A DNA stretch of 64,000 bases from NCBI GenBank assembly GCA_002269645.1, contig NIVC01000020.1, positions 1,426,001 through 1,490,000 on the forward strand, in the 5' to 3' direction. Below the pieces are notes generated by a model that saw only the letters and a list, made by a program, of their open reading frames with translations, ran no database searches and was not told where the DNA came from. This stretch comes from Macrostomum lignano. Its lineage: Eukaryota. Position numbers and translations under genes: made by a program. Shown one piece after another: positions 45,998-58,316 of this stretch. How positions within the stretch are numbered: the stretch's first letter is position 1; each line of letters starts with the position of its first letter.

Positions 45998-47825
45998 AGT
46001 GATGAGCACAGTGGCAGGCAATAAGCAGTGAGCTTGCACTGACCAGTGATCCCATGGAATCTGCAGCACTGCTGCGGACTCGGGCGTGCCTCCCTTCTTC
46101 CCAGTCGCTCCCGGGCAGGTGGCTGCTGCCTCCCCCTCCCCTGCCCCAGAAGGCCGAGCAGAGTAGCGAGTTTCTGCGCCCCTCCCGCCCTGCTGCAGTC
46201 GCTGGGCAAAAAGGGTTCCGGGGAGTCTCCGTGCACTGCAGGACGCGGGCCGCATTTTTCCCCGCAGGAGAGCGCAGCCGTGTTTAGAATGCGCTGCCTG
46301 TTTATGTCAAGCAGTTGTGGGTCTGCTGCTGCGACTCCGTGACTACTGCGGCTGCGTCAGGGAAGCAGATGGCTGTAGCGCTGAAACCCCCGTTCGGTCT
46401 CCGCAGGATTTATCACCTGTGCTGCTCCCCTGCTCCCGGTGTCCCCTGAATTCCCCAAGCCCAGGTTGATGAATCGCCGCGCTGCCTACCTGGCGGAGAA
46501 GGCGAGCTGCTGTTAACATAAAAAGGAAATCCACTGCAGGCGGGGTGCTGAGGAGGCGGCGGAGCGAATTTGCCCAGTTATTAACTGCCGACCCCCGCTC
46601 GGAGATGCGGGCGGCCGGTCCGGTGTCGCAGGAGGCTGCGCCGCTGCTAATGCCTGCCCGCCTGGCCTGTCCTGAGCAGCGGCCAGTCGGGGTGGAGGAG
46701 GCCACGCAGCCACGCCCGAAAGTGATTGCTTCATCACCCGGCACCCGGGGGGGAATCATAACCTTGTTAGCCGCCAGCTGCAGGGGCGGCACCGGCCCTG
46801 AGAAATCAGGAAGGCAGCGCGGCATCGACCTGGCGGTCGGGAGTCGCTCGCCGGCTTTTAGAATGGTCGATTTCGACAAATTGAAGGCGTCAGAGAAAGG
46901 CGGTGCGGAGATGGCGGGAGGCATCTGCAGCCGAAAGCTACATTTTTGGAGATTAACGCCGCCCCCGCTGTTGCGGGGGGGGGCTCGCCAGATTGAAACT
47001 ACAGCCGCCCCGGGGGGGGGGGGCAGCCGATTCTTAGCGGGAGTGGCAGCGGCTGACTCGGCAAAACAATTCCGCTGTATTGACTTGGCCGGCCGCTGGG
47101 ACAGACTGAGGGGCAGGGGGGGGGGCTGAGTGGCTGCAGCCTCCGCCAGTTCACGCAAAGCCGCCGCACAGACCGACCTGGCCATGTTCTATTTTTGCGC
47201 TCGCAGATGTTCCACGGCATGGGGGTGGCCTGCAGAGTCTGAACTGCGGCTTGTCATTTTTATGCTATTCAAACTTCGTCACCGGATTGCGGGGCCCGAG
47301 CCCAGCGTCCCAATTCTTCATCAGTCCTGACAGGCTGGGGAGGCTGGGAGGGGCTGCTGGGAGAGGCTAGAGTGGCTGCAGTAAGCGGCATCGAATTCTT
47401 TTTTTCGAGTCTGGACATCGAATTCTCTAGAAAGGTGACTGCCCGCGGTCCGGCTAAGTAGAGGGGTGACTGCAGCCCCCCCCCCCGGCGGCAGCTGGGG
47501 ACAATGGGAGCGGCAGAGGCCGGATAATGGCGATAAAGCCAGTCTGGCCCAGGCAAAACTCTCGGGTGGGCCGGAGACCAGAGCGGCAATCAGCGCGGAT
47601 CAATTGGAGGTGGAGGGCGCCTTCTGCTACTAGAAGAAGAAATTGCTTTCCTGGCTGGCTGGCGGTGAGATGGGAAATCTCGGCCGCTATCGGGAAAAAA
47701 TCTTTTTTTCTTTTATTGCGGGGTGGCTGCTTCTGCTTGCTTTATCTTCTAGTTGCAGCCCCGGCCCGCTTAATCCCCGCCGCCCCCCGCTGAACTTTCC
47801 CAGTGCCAGTATCCACGTTAGCTGC

Positions 47826-48783
47826 TGAGGGAGAGGGAGCAGGGAGAGATGAGCTGGGGACTGAGGGAGGGAGCGGGGAGAGATGAGCTGGGGACTGAGG
47901 GAGGGAGCAGGGAGAGATGAGCTGGGGACTGAGGGAGGGAGCAGGGAGAGATGAGCTGGGGACTGAGGGAGGGAGCAGGGAGAGATGAGCTGGGGACTGA
48001 GGGAGGGAGCAGGGAGAGATGAGCTGGGGACTGAGGGAGGGAGCGGGGAGAGATGAGCTGGGGACTGAGGGAGGGAGCGGGGAGAGATGAGCTGGGGACT
48101 GAGGGAGGGAGCGGGGAGAGATGAGCTGGGGACTGAGGGAGGGAGCAGGGAGAGATGAGCTGGGGACTGAGGGAGGGAGCGGGGAGAGATGAGCTGGGGA
48201 CTGAGGGAGGGAGCAGGGAGAGATGAGCTGGGGACTGAGGGAGGGAGCGGGGAGAGATGAGCTGGGGACTGAGGGAGGGAGCAGGGAGAGATGAGCTGGG
48301 GACTGAGGGAGGGAGCGGGGAGAGATGAGCTGGGGACTGAGGGAGGGAGCAGGGAGAGATGAGCTGGGGACTGAGGGAGGGAGCGGGGAGAGATGAGCTG
48401 GGGACTGAGGGAGGGAGCGGGGAGAGATGAGCTGGGGACTGAGGGAGGGAGCGGGGAGAGATGAGCTGGGGACTGAGGGAGGGAGCGGGGAGAGATGAAC
48501 TGGGGACTGAGGGAGGGAGCGGGGAGAGATGAGCTGGGGACTGAGGGAGGGAGCGGGGATAGATGAGCTGGGGACTGAGGGAGGGAGCGGGGATAGATGA
48601 GCTGGGGACTGAGGGAGGGAGCGGGGAGAGATGAGCTGGGGACTGAGGGAGGGAGCGGGGATAGATAAGCTGGGGACTGAGGGCGGGAGCGGGGAGAGAT
48701 GAGCTGGAGACTGAGGGCGGGAGCGGGGAGAGATGAGCTGGAGACTGAGGGAGGGAGCGGGGAGAGATGAACTGGGGACTGAG
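47826..48783. repeat. G-rich minisatellite, 34-bp unit GAGGGAGGGAGC(G/A)GGGAGAGATGAGCTGGGGACT
   Basis: About 28 copies. Confidence 0.97.
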
Positions 48784-49100
48784 GAACTGAGGTGAAGTCG
48801 GTCTGATTTGAGTACCGGTGCGCGGCTGCACTCAAGCGGGCTCGTGTTTATTAATATGGCGCTGGGCACGCAGGCAGGCCGGCCGGGAGACAACACGGCG
48901 GCTGGACAGCAAGCGGACGCGGTACGAAAGCATTGATAAGCTGCGGCTAATGAGGAGCGATGGAGACAAGCGGGGGACAAGGACAGACAGACAACACTAG
49001 GGGGGGGGGGTCCAAAGCGGGCTGTCCACATCAAAAATTTGTTTTCGCATTGCGCCTTGTCATTCAATGTCGTCACTCTCTCGGCGGCGCCGCGCCGAGG

Positions 49101-50447
49101 TCAAACGCGAGTTCCGTTGTCGGAGTCGTCAGCGGCGTCACTGCCGGTTTTAGCGGCCGCCTGGGCGGCAGCTCCGTTGTCGCTGAGCGGCTTCAGCTCC
49201 ACTGCCTCGGGCTCGGCCTGCGGCTTCGGCTTCGCCCCGTCGGCGGCCATCAGGGAGACGCCGGCCGAGCGTTCGGTATCGGTGGCGGCGGCGGCGGCGG
49301 CAGCAGCGATGGTGACTCCGGGCCCGGTGCCGGCGTTGCTGCCCCTTCGATCGTCCTTCTGGCAGAGCTCCTTGCGAAACTGCTGGTCCTTGAAGAAGTA
49401 GATGAAGACGTTGACGCTGGAGTCGGCCAGGGACAGGATGTACGTGAGCTGCGCCGCGCGCATCTTCAGGCTCTGGTCGGGGATGCGGACGAACTTCTCC
49501 AGCAGGTAGAGGGCGGCCCGCGGCAGCTCCAGCAGGGCGAAGGCGAGAGCGAAGATGAACACCATGCGGGTGACGCGCTTGTTGCGCTCGGAGCTGCTGG
49601 CCATGGCGTTGCCGCGGTGCAGGGAGACGATGAGCACGATGGAGCTGAACAGGATCACCAGCAGCGGGATGATCTGGCTGAGCAGCGTCCAGAGCATGTT
49701 CACGGTGTTCCAGAACGGCGGCGTGCCAAGCGGCACATGCAGCAGCAGGAGGCCGCCGCCGGTCCAGCCGGTCGAGTCGCACACGTGAAACTCCGGCCGC
49801 ATGAAGTTCTGTGCGTCCTTGATGAAGGCGCGGACTCCGCCGAGGACGAGCACCACGGCCACCTTGGCGACGAACATGCCGGAGACGCGGCCGAGGCTGA
49901 AGACGCGGCTGGCGTTGACGCTGGTCCGCCGTGTGGCCACGTATGAGCGCAGCAGGGCGGTGAGGCCGACCCAGCAGTTGCGGGAGAACTGCGACAGCAC
50001 GGCCAGGTAGTTGGAGAAGCTCAGGAACAGGTAGAAGGCTGTGGCCTGAGCCCGGCCGTCGGTGGGCAGGTAGGTGGAGTAGTAGAAGTCCAGTGTGGTC
50101 GAGTTTTCGCTCAGCAGCGGGTCGAAGCCTACCCAGCGGATTCGCATGCGGTGGCTGAGCATCGCGATGCTGTACGACAGGGTGCTGCCCAGGCAGAAGG
50201 CGATCTCGCAGATCGTGAGAAAGATGAAGAACAGCAGGAAGTTGTTGCGGCCCCTGGAGTGGCTGAACACCCGCAGAAACACCACTAGGGATAGGATATT
50301 GAGCACCAGGCCGGCCAGGGCGGTGCCGATGGTGAGCAGGATCAGCTTGTCCATGGACTCCTGAGAAGCCCAGTAGGCCGTCTCATTGAGCGGCTCCCCT
50401 CTGGAGCGGTTGCCGCCAAGAACGGTGAAGCACTCGCCGGTCAGCAT
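49101..50447 (-). CDS. Orphan class A (rhodopsin-like) GPCR, peptide-receptor/Srw-like, single exon (~448 aa)
   Basis: ATG at 50447. N-terminal NRS/NET glycosylation sequons, seven hydrophobic segments, TM1 GLVLNILSL, TM5 IIPLLVI, TM6 LLELPRA, TM7 DSSVNVFIYFF, and a low-complexity C-tail. Confidence 0.88.
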   Translation of the reverse strand: MLTGECFTVLGGNRSRGEPLNETAYWASQESMDKLILLTIGTALAGLVLNILSLVVFLRVFSHSRGRNNFLLFFIFLTICEIAFCLGSTLSYSIAMLSHRMRIRWVGFDPLLSENSTTLDFYYSTYLPTDGRAQATAFYLFLSFSNYLAVLSQFSRNCWVGLTALLRSYVATRRTSVNASRVFSLGRVSGMFVAKVAVVLVLGGVRAFIKDAQNFMRPEFHVCDSTGWTGGGLLLLHVPLGTPPFWNTVNMLWTLLSQIIPLLVILFSSIVLIVSLHRGNAMASSSERNKRVTRMVFIFALAFALLELPRAALYLLEKFVRIPDQSLKMRAAQLTYILSLADSSVNVFIYFFKDQQFRKELCQKDDRRGSNAGTGPGVTIAAAAAAAATDTERSAGVSLMAADGAKPKPQAEPEAVELKPLSDNGAAAQAAAKTGSDAADDSDNGTRV

Positions 50448-52031
50448 GGCTGCAGTGCGAACTCGGGTGGTGCGGCCGGCCACTGCCACTGGCGAAGTCC
50501 TTTTTCACTGGCACGAGCGCGCAGCTCTACTGGCCTGCGCGGCCCGGCCAATAAGACCGGGGCTGCCCCCCACCCACGGGGCGGCTCTCTGACGCCGCGG
50601 TAGGCCCCGGGGAAGAGCTGAGCTGCCGGGAGCGCGATTGAAAGGAGCTCAGAGTGTGTGTGCTGTGGCAACAACTCAATTAATATGTCATTCCAAGCTT
50701 TCAGCTCGCGCACTGTTCCCACTTCATCAGTCCATATTGCGGCCCCGGCGTCCCAGCCTCGCATTTAGTCGGTGGCTGATGAGGCGACTGAGCTGGTCAG
50801 ATCCTGTTTGCCCTGAGCTGTGCGCGATTTCTCTAGACTGCCAGCAGCCCCTCCCCCCCCCCCCGGTGCGCGACAGACCGGCCGGGCAGGTGCCGGCCGA
50901 GCATAAATCACCCCTGCTCAGAGCTCACCACATCGTGTTTCCCGGCACAGCAGGCTGAGTGGGCGAGTGAGAGTGCTGCAAATTGGCTTCTCAGCTGCCG
51001 GCCTCACGCGCCCGCACTTTCAATCCGTTTCCACCTGCCCCTCCGCCGCGGGCCGGGACTCGCGCCAAGCACAGTTTCTGTCGCCGCCTTCGTGACAGGC
51101 GGGAAGTTGAATCGAATTCAGTGAGCCGAAGCAGGGGGGGGGGTGGAAGCCAGAGGCAACTGCTTCATCACGGGCTTCCCAGCCTGCTAGCCGCTACTTG
51201 GCAAGATCGATTGCGGCTGCGAGGGCTGGGGGAGGGGATAATTTTTCCAAGAAGCGCCGCTCTGAGTTTTACAAGTGAAGCCCGAGCAGTTCTTGAGCGT
51301 CACGGCAGCCGGTGTTGGAGCCCGCGCTAATTTTAGTTGAAGAGCCGGACCTCTCGCGGTTGATCCGGGATGGCGACAGCTCCGTTCCGAGTGCTCGGCT
51401 GAGCAGGTCTCAAAATCTGCTTTCAAGTCCTCCCAGCATGAAACAGTGCGGAGATCAGCCCGGGCGGGGAGCAGAGTGGGGTAGCAACTACAAAGAGAAT
51501 GCCCCTCATCCCCAAGCGGATGTTCGTGTCTTGGGGCCGCAGGTACTGCGTCCTGAGGTACCCTCTAGCGGGATCGGTGGCGGCCAGCTGCCCTGCCCGG
51601 CCTCGCAATAAATTTTACTCGCTTTAAAATTTCTGTCCAGGGGGAGGGGGATCTGCGGATCCGCGGCCAGATTGGAAGCGCCGCCTGATTTCTGCTTTGC
51701 CGGCTTTCGGGGGATTATCGACCGAGAATCAAGACATTTGTCCCGCGCGCTTTTTATCTCGCTCTCGATTTCCGCAGTTAGCGCGGCGGATGCGACAGAG
51801 AGTGTCGGCAGGAGCAGAGAAAAATTGTCGAATTCCCCAATCGGGATTTGAAAATTCCCCCCAAACTAGCCCAGAGAGTTTTGTGCAGGAAAGCGCAGAC
51901 GCATTTGACCTCAAGGCTTTCCATCTAACATGGCGAAACTAATCGTAGACAAAACTTCAGAAGATATGAGCGGCAACTGCTTCAGTATCTTCTGCAATCT
52001 CGGCTGCAGGGCTCTTTTCAGTGCCTTAGCT

Positions 52032-53012
52032 GGTACCTCCTACCAGTTCATCCCACAGAGCCTCCAACAGTGACTCCTAAGGTACCTCCTACCAGTTCAT
52101 CCCACAGAGTCTCCAACAGTGTCTCCTGAGGTACCTCCTACCAGTTCATCCCACAGAGCCTCCAACAGTGTCTCCTGAGGTACCTCCTACCAGTTCATCC
52201 CACAGAGCCTCCAACAGTGTCTCCTGAGGTACCTCCTACCAGTTCATCCCACAGAGCCTCCAACAGTGTCTCCTGAGGTACCTCCTACCAGTTCATCCCA
52301 CAGAGCCTCCAACAGTGTCTCCTGAGGTACCTCCTACCAGTTCATCCACAGAGCCTCCAACAGTGTCTCCTGAGGTACCTCCTACCAGTTCATCCACAGA
52401 GCCTCCAACAGTGTCTCCTGAGGAACCTCCTACCAGTTCATCCACAGAGCCTCCAACAGTGTCTCCTGAGGTACCTCCTACCAGTTCATCCCACAGAGCC
52501 TCCAACATGCCTCCTGAGGAACCTCCTACCAGTTCATCCCACAGAGCCTCCAACAGTGTCTCCTGAGGTACCTCCTACCAGTTCATCCACAGAGCCTCCA
52601 ACAGTGTCTCCTGAGGTACATCCTACCAGTTCATCCCACAGAGCCTCCAACATGCCTCCTGAGGAACCTCCTACCAGTTCATCCCACAGAGCCTCCAACA
52701 GTGTCTCCTGAGGTACCTCCTACCAGTTCATCCCACAGAGCCTCCAACAGTGTCTCCTGAGGTACCTCCTACCAGTTCATCCCACAGAGCCTCCAACAGT
52801 GTCTCCTGAGGTACCTCCTACCAGTTCATCCCACAGAGCCTCCAACAGTGTCTCCTGAGGTACCTCCTACCAGTTCATCCCACAGAGCCTCCAACAGTGT
52901 CTCCTGAGGTACCTCCTACCAGTTCATCCCACAGAGCCTCCAACAGTGTCTCCTGAGGTACCTCCTACCAGTTCATCCCACAGAGCCTCCAACATGCCTC
53001 CTGAGGAATCTC
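52032..53012. repeat. Minisatellite, 48/49-bp unit TGAGGTACCTCCTACCAGTTCATCCCACAGAGCCTCCAACAGTGTCTCC
   Basis: About 20 copies, with 46-49 bp variants. Confidence 0.97.
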
Positions 53013-54627
53013 CTTAAGCCTGGGCCGCAGCCTCGCTGCATTCCTACCCCACAGGATTTGCCGGTGCCCTGTTAGATCAGCTGCGCAAAGCTCGTGAAAC
53101 GCATCCAGTCAAAAGACTTCCCGCATCGAACCTCATTATTCCGGCTCCCCGAGTGTCAAAACTGTTTAAGCTGAACAAAAGGCAAATTTTGTCTGTCAGC
53201 TGGCAGCAGCGTCAACACCCTTGGCGCCGTCCTGTAAGACTCGCTGCGCGCTGTGCCCAGCTGAGGCCGAGCCTTGCGAAAAGGCGCCGCATTTTTCTTT
53301 GAAAAAAAGTGCAAGATAAACTTTGTCGAGCGATGCCGCTGACTTAACTCCGGAAATGTGTTTATGAGTTCGTGAGTTCATGAGTTCATGAGTGAGTTAT
53401 GAGTGAGTTTATGGAAAGCTTCCAAGGCTCTTCCTTAGGAAAAAAGTGGAGCTTTCGACTTAGATTATCGACTGTTCTTCCTGGCAATGCCTTTGTGAGA
53501 ATGTTTGTCAACCGGGTGGAAGCCGGTGAAGTTTCTGCCATGTACTCAAGGGCAGAACAGATCAGCGGTGAACACGTCCGGCTCTCGCGTCGATTAATTG
53601 ATTAATTTTTCGATTAATTTTCGGCTTGTTGCGACTTTCTTAGTCTTTTTTTTCAGTTCACCTTCACTTGTCGGTTTAACTCTGTTTGCTCTCTCTGTCT
53701 TGTAATTCTTATCTCTCTCCCTCGCCGCCTTCTGATTGGCTCTCCATTTACGCCTCTCTCTTTAGTCGCGCACTCAACCCCTCCTTTTATTATTCTGGAC
53801 TCCACCACCCCCACCTCCCTGTCTTATAAATATACTGGTTCGCCCAACTCACTTTTACTTGTCTCTTATCTCTCTCACTATTACTAAATATTTTCTTAAT
53901 TATTTAGTATTTTATTTACACGATTTGTGCATGAAAATTGGCTTGATCGGGGGTTGCTGTGCGATTCACATCCACGGCGTAGGAGTGTACATGCCAGGTG
54001 ATGCTCAGGAGTGGGTGGAACTGCCTCACCGCTGGATGTGGGATGACGTCCCCGAAGGCGTCGCGCTAGGGTGGCTGCAGGCCTCTTGAAGTTATAGAAA
54101 TATCAAGCCGAATATCTTGAAACAAGGATTTTTTAATATTTCTGCATGTTATAAATAATATTTAAAAAGCACCCACCTCTAGAGTAGCGGGAGAAGCATC
54201 CTCACAGACAAGACTCGTGTGTTACAGCCGGTTCGCAAGGAAGATCTTCTCACTTTTTAGACTAATTCCTAGCTCGCGCCGTCACCGCCCCTCCCCAGCC
54301 AAGGGACCTGGGCTCGAGGCCCCAAATCAAGGGCCGAGATGTCTTTCAAACTGCTGCACGGACAAACAACTGGATTTGGCCTGGGGCGAGGACCCGAAAT
54401 CCACTCGGATCACCTGGAGACTCAATCCATTCTGTGTTAACCCTCGAGTCTGTCTGGGCAGGGAGCCAGAAGGTCTCGCCCAAAACAATACTGGGAACAA
54501 AATAATTTAGAAATGGCGTTGCGCTTCACAGCATTTTGAATTTCTTTCATGTCAAAAAGCATCGTGAATATCAAAACAGCATTTTGTGGGGTCTGTGAGG
54601 TCAATGATTTCTCCGATGGCAGCGGAG

Positions 54628-57600
54628 CTACTGCCGAGTCATCTCGCAGACCACAAGGGTCTCCAACTGCTCGCAGGCCTCCATGTCGTCTGTGAACCTC
54701 GCGTAGTCCTTCCGTCGCTCCTCCGGCGGCACGTCCGAGCCCAGGTTCACGACGCTCCGCCGGTAGACCTGCTCGAGGGGGAAGCCGGACCACTTCACCC
54801 GCTCGGCCAGGGCTTCGATGATGCTGTCCGGGACAGTGTCCGAGATGCTGTCGTCTTGAAGGTTGTAGTTCGGGCTGATGGCCGGCGGCTGCCGGTTTTT
54901 CAACACGCTGTCCACCGCCTCCATCAGGCGGTGCATGCAGCCCCCTGCCTGAGGTGTCAACGTGTCCTCGTAGCTGTTGCGGTCTTCTTCGAGGTGATAA
55001 CCGGCACAGTGCTTCACCAGGTGCGCGTTGCTTTGAAGAAAGCGCAGGTCGTCTGCGCAGCCGTTGACTTTCATGTCCTGCAGGCGGTCGCGGGCCAGCT
55101 GGCTGTCCAACAGCTGACTGCAGCTCGCCCGCTTCTTGCGCTCCCGCGCCAGCATGGACGTCAGGAGGGTGTCCAGCTCAATGGGGTACTCCTTCGGCAG
55201 CCGCGGCAGCGGGGAGTCGCCGCACACCTGCTCCTTCAGCTTGTTTGGATCGAACGGCAGTCGCATGGTGCTCATCTCAAACAGGGTGCAGCCGAGGCTC
55301 CAGACGTCGCACTTGCTGTCGTATCCTACCAAAAGGTAAGTCAGTGAGTGCATTAAAGTCAGTAGTGCTGACTCTTCTAATAATGGCTACTCCAAATTAT
55401 TATTGCTTTCCTGTTAACAGTCCGATACGATAAATATGAGGCTAGAGTTTGCAGTTTCGGGGTGCTGTGATGGCGTAAATTCTTAAGATTTGTCTCAATT
55501 GATGCTCAAGATCTGTCTCGATTGATGCTCAAGATCTGTCTCGATTGATGCTCAAGATCTGTCTCGATTGACGCTCAAGATCTGTCTCGATTGATGCTCA
55601 AGATCTGTCTCGATTGATGCTCAAGATCTGTCTCGATTGATGCTCAAGATCTGTCTCGATTGATGCTCAAGATCTGTCTCGATTGATGCTCAAGATCTGT
55701 CTCGATTGATGCTCAAGATCTGTCTCGATTGATGCTCAAGATCTGTCTCGATTGATGCTCAAGATCTGTCTCGATTGATGCTCAAGATCTGTCTTGATTG
55801 ATGCTCAAGATCTGTCTCGATTGATGCTCAAGATCTGTCTTGATTGATGCTCAAGATCTGTCTCGATTGATGCTCAAGATCTGTCTCGATTGATGCTCAA
55901 GATCTGTCTTGATTGATGCTCAAGATCTGTCTCGATTGATGCTCAAGATCTGTCTCGATCGATGCTCAAGATCTGTCTCGATCGATGCTCAAGATCTGTC
56001 TCGAGTGATGCTTAAGTGTGTCGATTGATACTCAAAATATTTTTGAGCGTGTATTTCTTGAACCGAATAGCTTTAAAAAGAACATCTGAGAAAATATTTC
56101 TAAATAACGGCTTTAAAGGTGGTTGCTGGGGAAGCTCTGATTCAGTATGCGAGGAGACCACATCCTCCTATCTCTACATTTTTACCTACCTTCGACGGGA
56201 ACATCGACAGTAGCGGTCAGGGTGCCGTTGAGGTTGCTCATGATCTCCGGGCACATGTACATCAAAGTGCCGGCCACTGTCGAGGCGTAGTCGGCCTCAC
56301 CGAGCAGCCGACGGGCGAAGCCGAAGTCTCCAATCTTAGCGGTGGCGTGCCGCTTCAAGAAGATATTCTTCGGCTTGATGTCGCGGTGGATGATTTTGTT
56401 GCTGTGCAGGTAATCCAGTCCAAGCAGCAACTGCAGGAACCAGCGAATAACGGTGTCCACGGGGAATTTCTTGTGCTTCCGGTCCAGGCCGTTGATCCAG
56501 GCGTCCAAGTCGCCGAACTCGCAGAACTCCATGACGATGCAGAAGTTCTTTTCCACTGAAAATTGATCATGGCAAATTTGGAGAAATTCTACGGCTGCTG
56601 GAAGTAATATCTGTAGCACATAAACAGTAACAAGAGTTCCGACCGCCAACAAAGCCAGCACATTGATGCTCCCCATGGTCATTACCCTTTAAGTACTGCA
56701 TGATGCGAACAACTTGCGGGTGGTCCGCCATGAGCATGATCTTCGCCTCGTGAATCCCGTCTCTCTGAATTTCAATCGTGCGACGGTTGGGCTGCGGCCG
56801 CATGACCTTCACCACGGCTTTGGCGTCCTGGCAGCGGAGGTTTTGTGCCACGAACGCGCAACCGAAAGTGCCTTTGCCGATTATTTCAATGACTTTGTAC
56901 TGCCCGTTGAGCACGTCGTTCGACAGTCCCGTATCGCGCTTCACTTCCTCCCTGCAGAAAGCGGAGATTCCTCCTCGATGCTAAAGGTCGTAACTTTTTC
57001 GAAATTTAAAACCTTTAATCAAAAGTCACTGATAAAGAAATCACCTGTGCTCCCTCTCGTCCAGCAGGGCCCTGTAGATCCGGTCACACTTGGACCGCTC
57101 CCCCGGTTCGGCCGAGGAGCGCTGGTCATAGGCGATGTCCTCGGCCGTTTTGCCGCTAGCCGTGCGGTGGGTGAGGCTCGCACCGAAGTCCAGCAGCTGG
57201 TCCACCGTCTTTGGCCGCTTGTTAGACACGGCCAGGGTGAGTGCTGTGTGGCCCCCGCGTTGGGAGGCGACTTCTAGCTCGGCCCCGTGCTGCAGCAGCA
57301 GCAGCGCCAGGGAAGTCGCCCCGCGCTTGGCCGCTTTCATCAGCGCCGTGAAGCCGGCCCGGTTGCGGAGGTTCAGGTCGCAGTTGCCCTGCAGCAGGAG
57401 GTGCTTGGATACAGCCTCGTGACCGTTCTTCACCGACATGATCAGCGCCGTGTCGCCGTTTCGTCCTGATGGCTCGTTGATTCGACAGTCGCTGCGACAG
57501 ATAAGCTCAGCCACCGCCGCCAGGTGCCCGCCCATCGCTGCCAGGTGCAGCAGATTCAGCTGGCCGCTCCCATCACACAGGTTGGAGTCTCCGCCAGCGT

Positions 57601-57676
57601 CGAGATACTCGCAGAGAGTCTTCGCATCGCCCGATCGGGCCGCCTGCAAAGCATCGTCCAGCGTCGGTCGGGACAT
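54628..57676 (-). CDS. Ankyrin-repeat / NEK-like Ser/Thr kinase fusion; exons 57676-57045, 56951-56686, 56555-56190, 55325-54628 (~653 aa)
   Basis: Exon 1 encodes about 5 ankyrin repeats (LLHLAA, TALIMSV, TALMKAA, TALTLAV). The kinase has GKGTFG, AVVK, HE, IVMEFC, HRDIKPKNIFL, KIGDFG, GTLMYMCPE, DVWSLG and ARERKKR. All three introns are GT-AG with matching phases (2,1,1), total 1962 nt. The kinase ORF alone has no ATG (the track start is GTG). Confidence 0.82.
55490..56010. repeat. Minisatellite, 23-bp unit GATGCTCAAGATCTGTCTCGATT in kinase intron 3
   Basis: About 22 copies. Confidence 0.97.
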
Positions 57677-58316
57677 TCCAAATGTTTGGGCTCTATTGCG
57701 AAGCCAAGAGAAAAATGCAGGAGCTTTGGGTTCAATGCCTTGATTCTGTCTCTCTTGCTCTTGAGTGGCCTGTTATATGAAGCACTACGAACTCTGTGAC
57801 ACTATAAACTGCTTTCTTCTCTCTGCCTTTTTCTATTGTTTATCGTACTGGGCAAACACTGCACGCATCTTTGAGTTCGTCACAGAATGTACTCAGAGCT
57901 TGAGGAGAGACGGGCCCTCAGGTCTCAGGTCTCAGCGAGTAGTTGAGTTTGGATCGCTCTGAGGCTTCTGTCTTTTTTTGCTGCTCAGATCCGCAAGATT
58001 CGGAAAGTAACTTCATTCTAAAATGGTGGCTCACCTCCTGGTTGAAATATGCAGATAGCTTGAGGATGGTTGGCACCCCAAAAGGCGCTTAGTTTAAACA
58101 GACTTTCAAAACTGTAGGGTGAAAATTTTCTTCTGCCGCGGGAACTCGTGAAAGTTGATGGTTGAAGATTTTATCAGACGCACTGTGTGTTCATGCAAGC
58201 TTGATAGAAGCGCCTGTTTGTACTGACAGGACGAGACACGTATTTATGGCACACCAGCCAGAGCCAGCTCCATCTGCGCATCGCATGCTATCTAGCATTT
58301 TACAGGCGGACAGAGC

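Noticed and set aside
53590-53940. Segment with CCAAT- and TATA-like boxes resembling a solo LTR
   Set aside because: No TG...CA ends, TSD or second copy in the window.
57041-57676. Stand-alone 211-aa ankyrin protein
   Set aside because: The stop lies just inside a consensus donor site and the downstream kinase lacks its own ATG, so in-frame splicing to a fusion is the better explanation.
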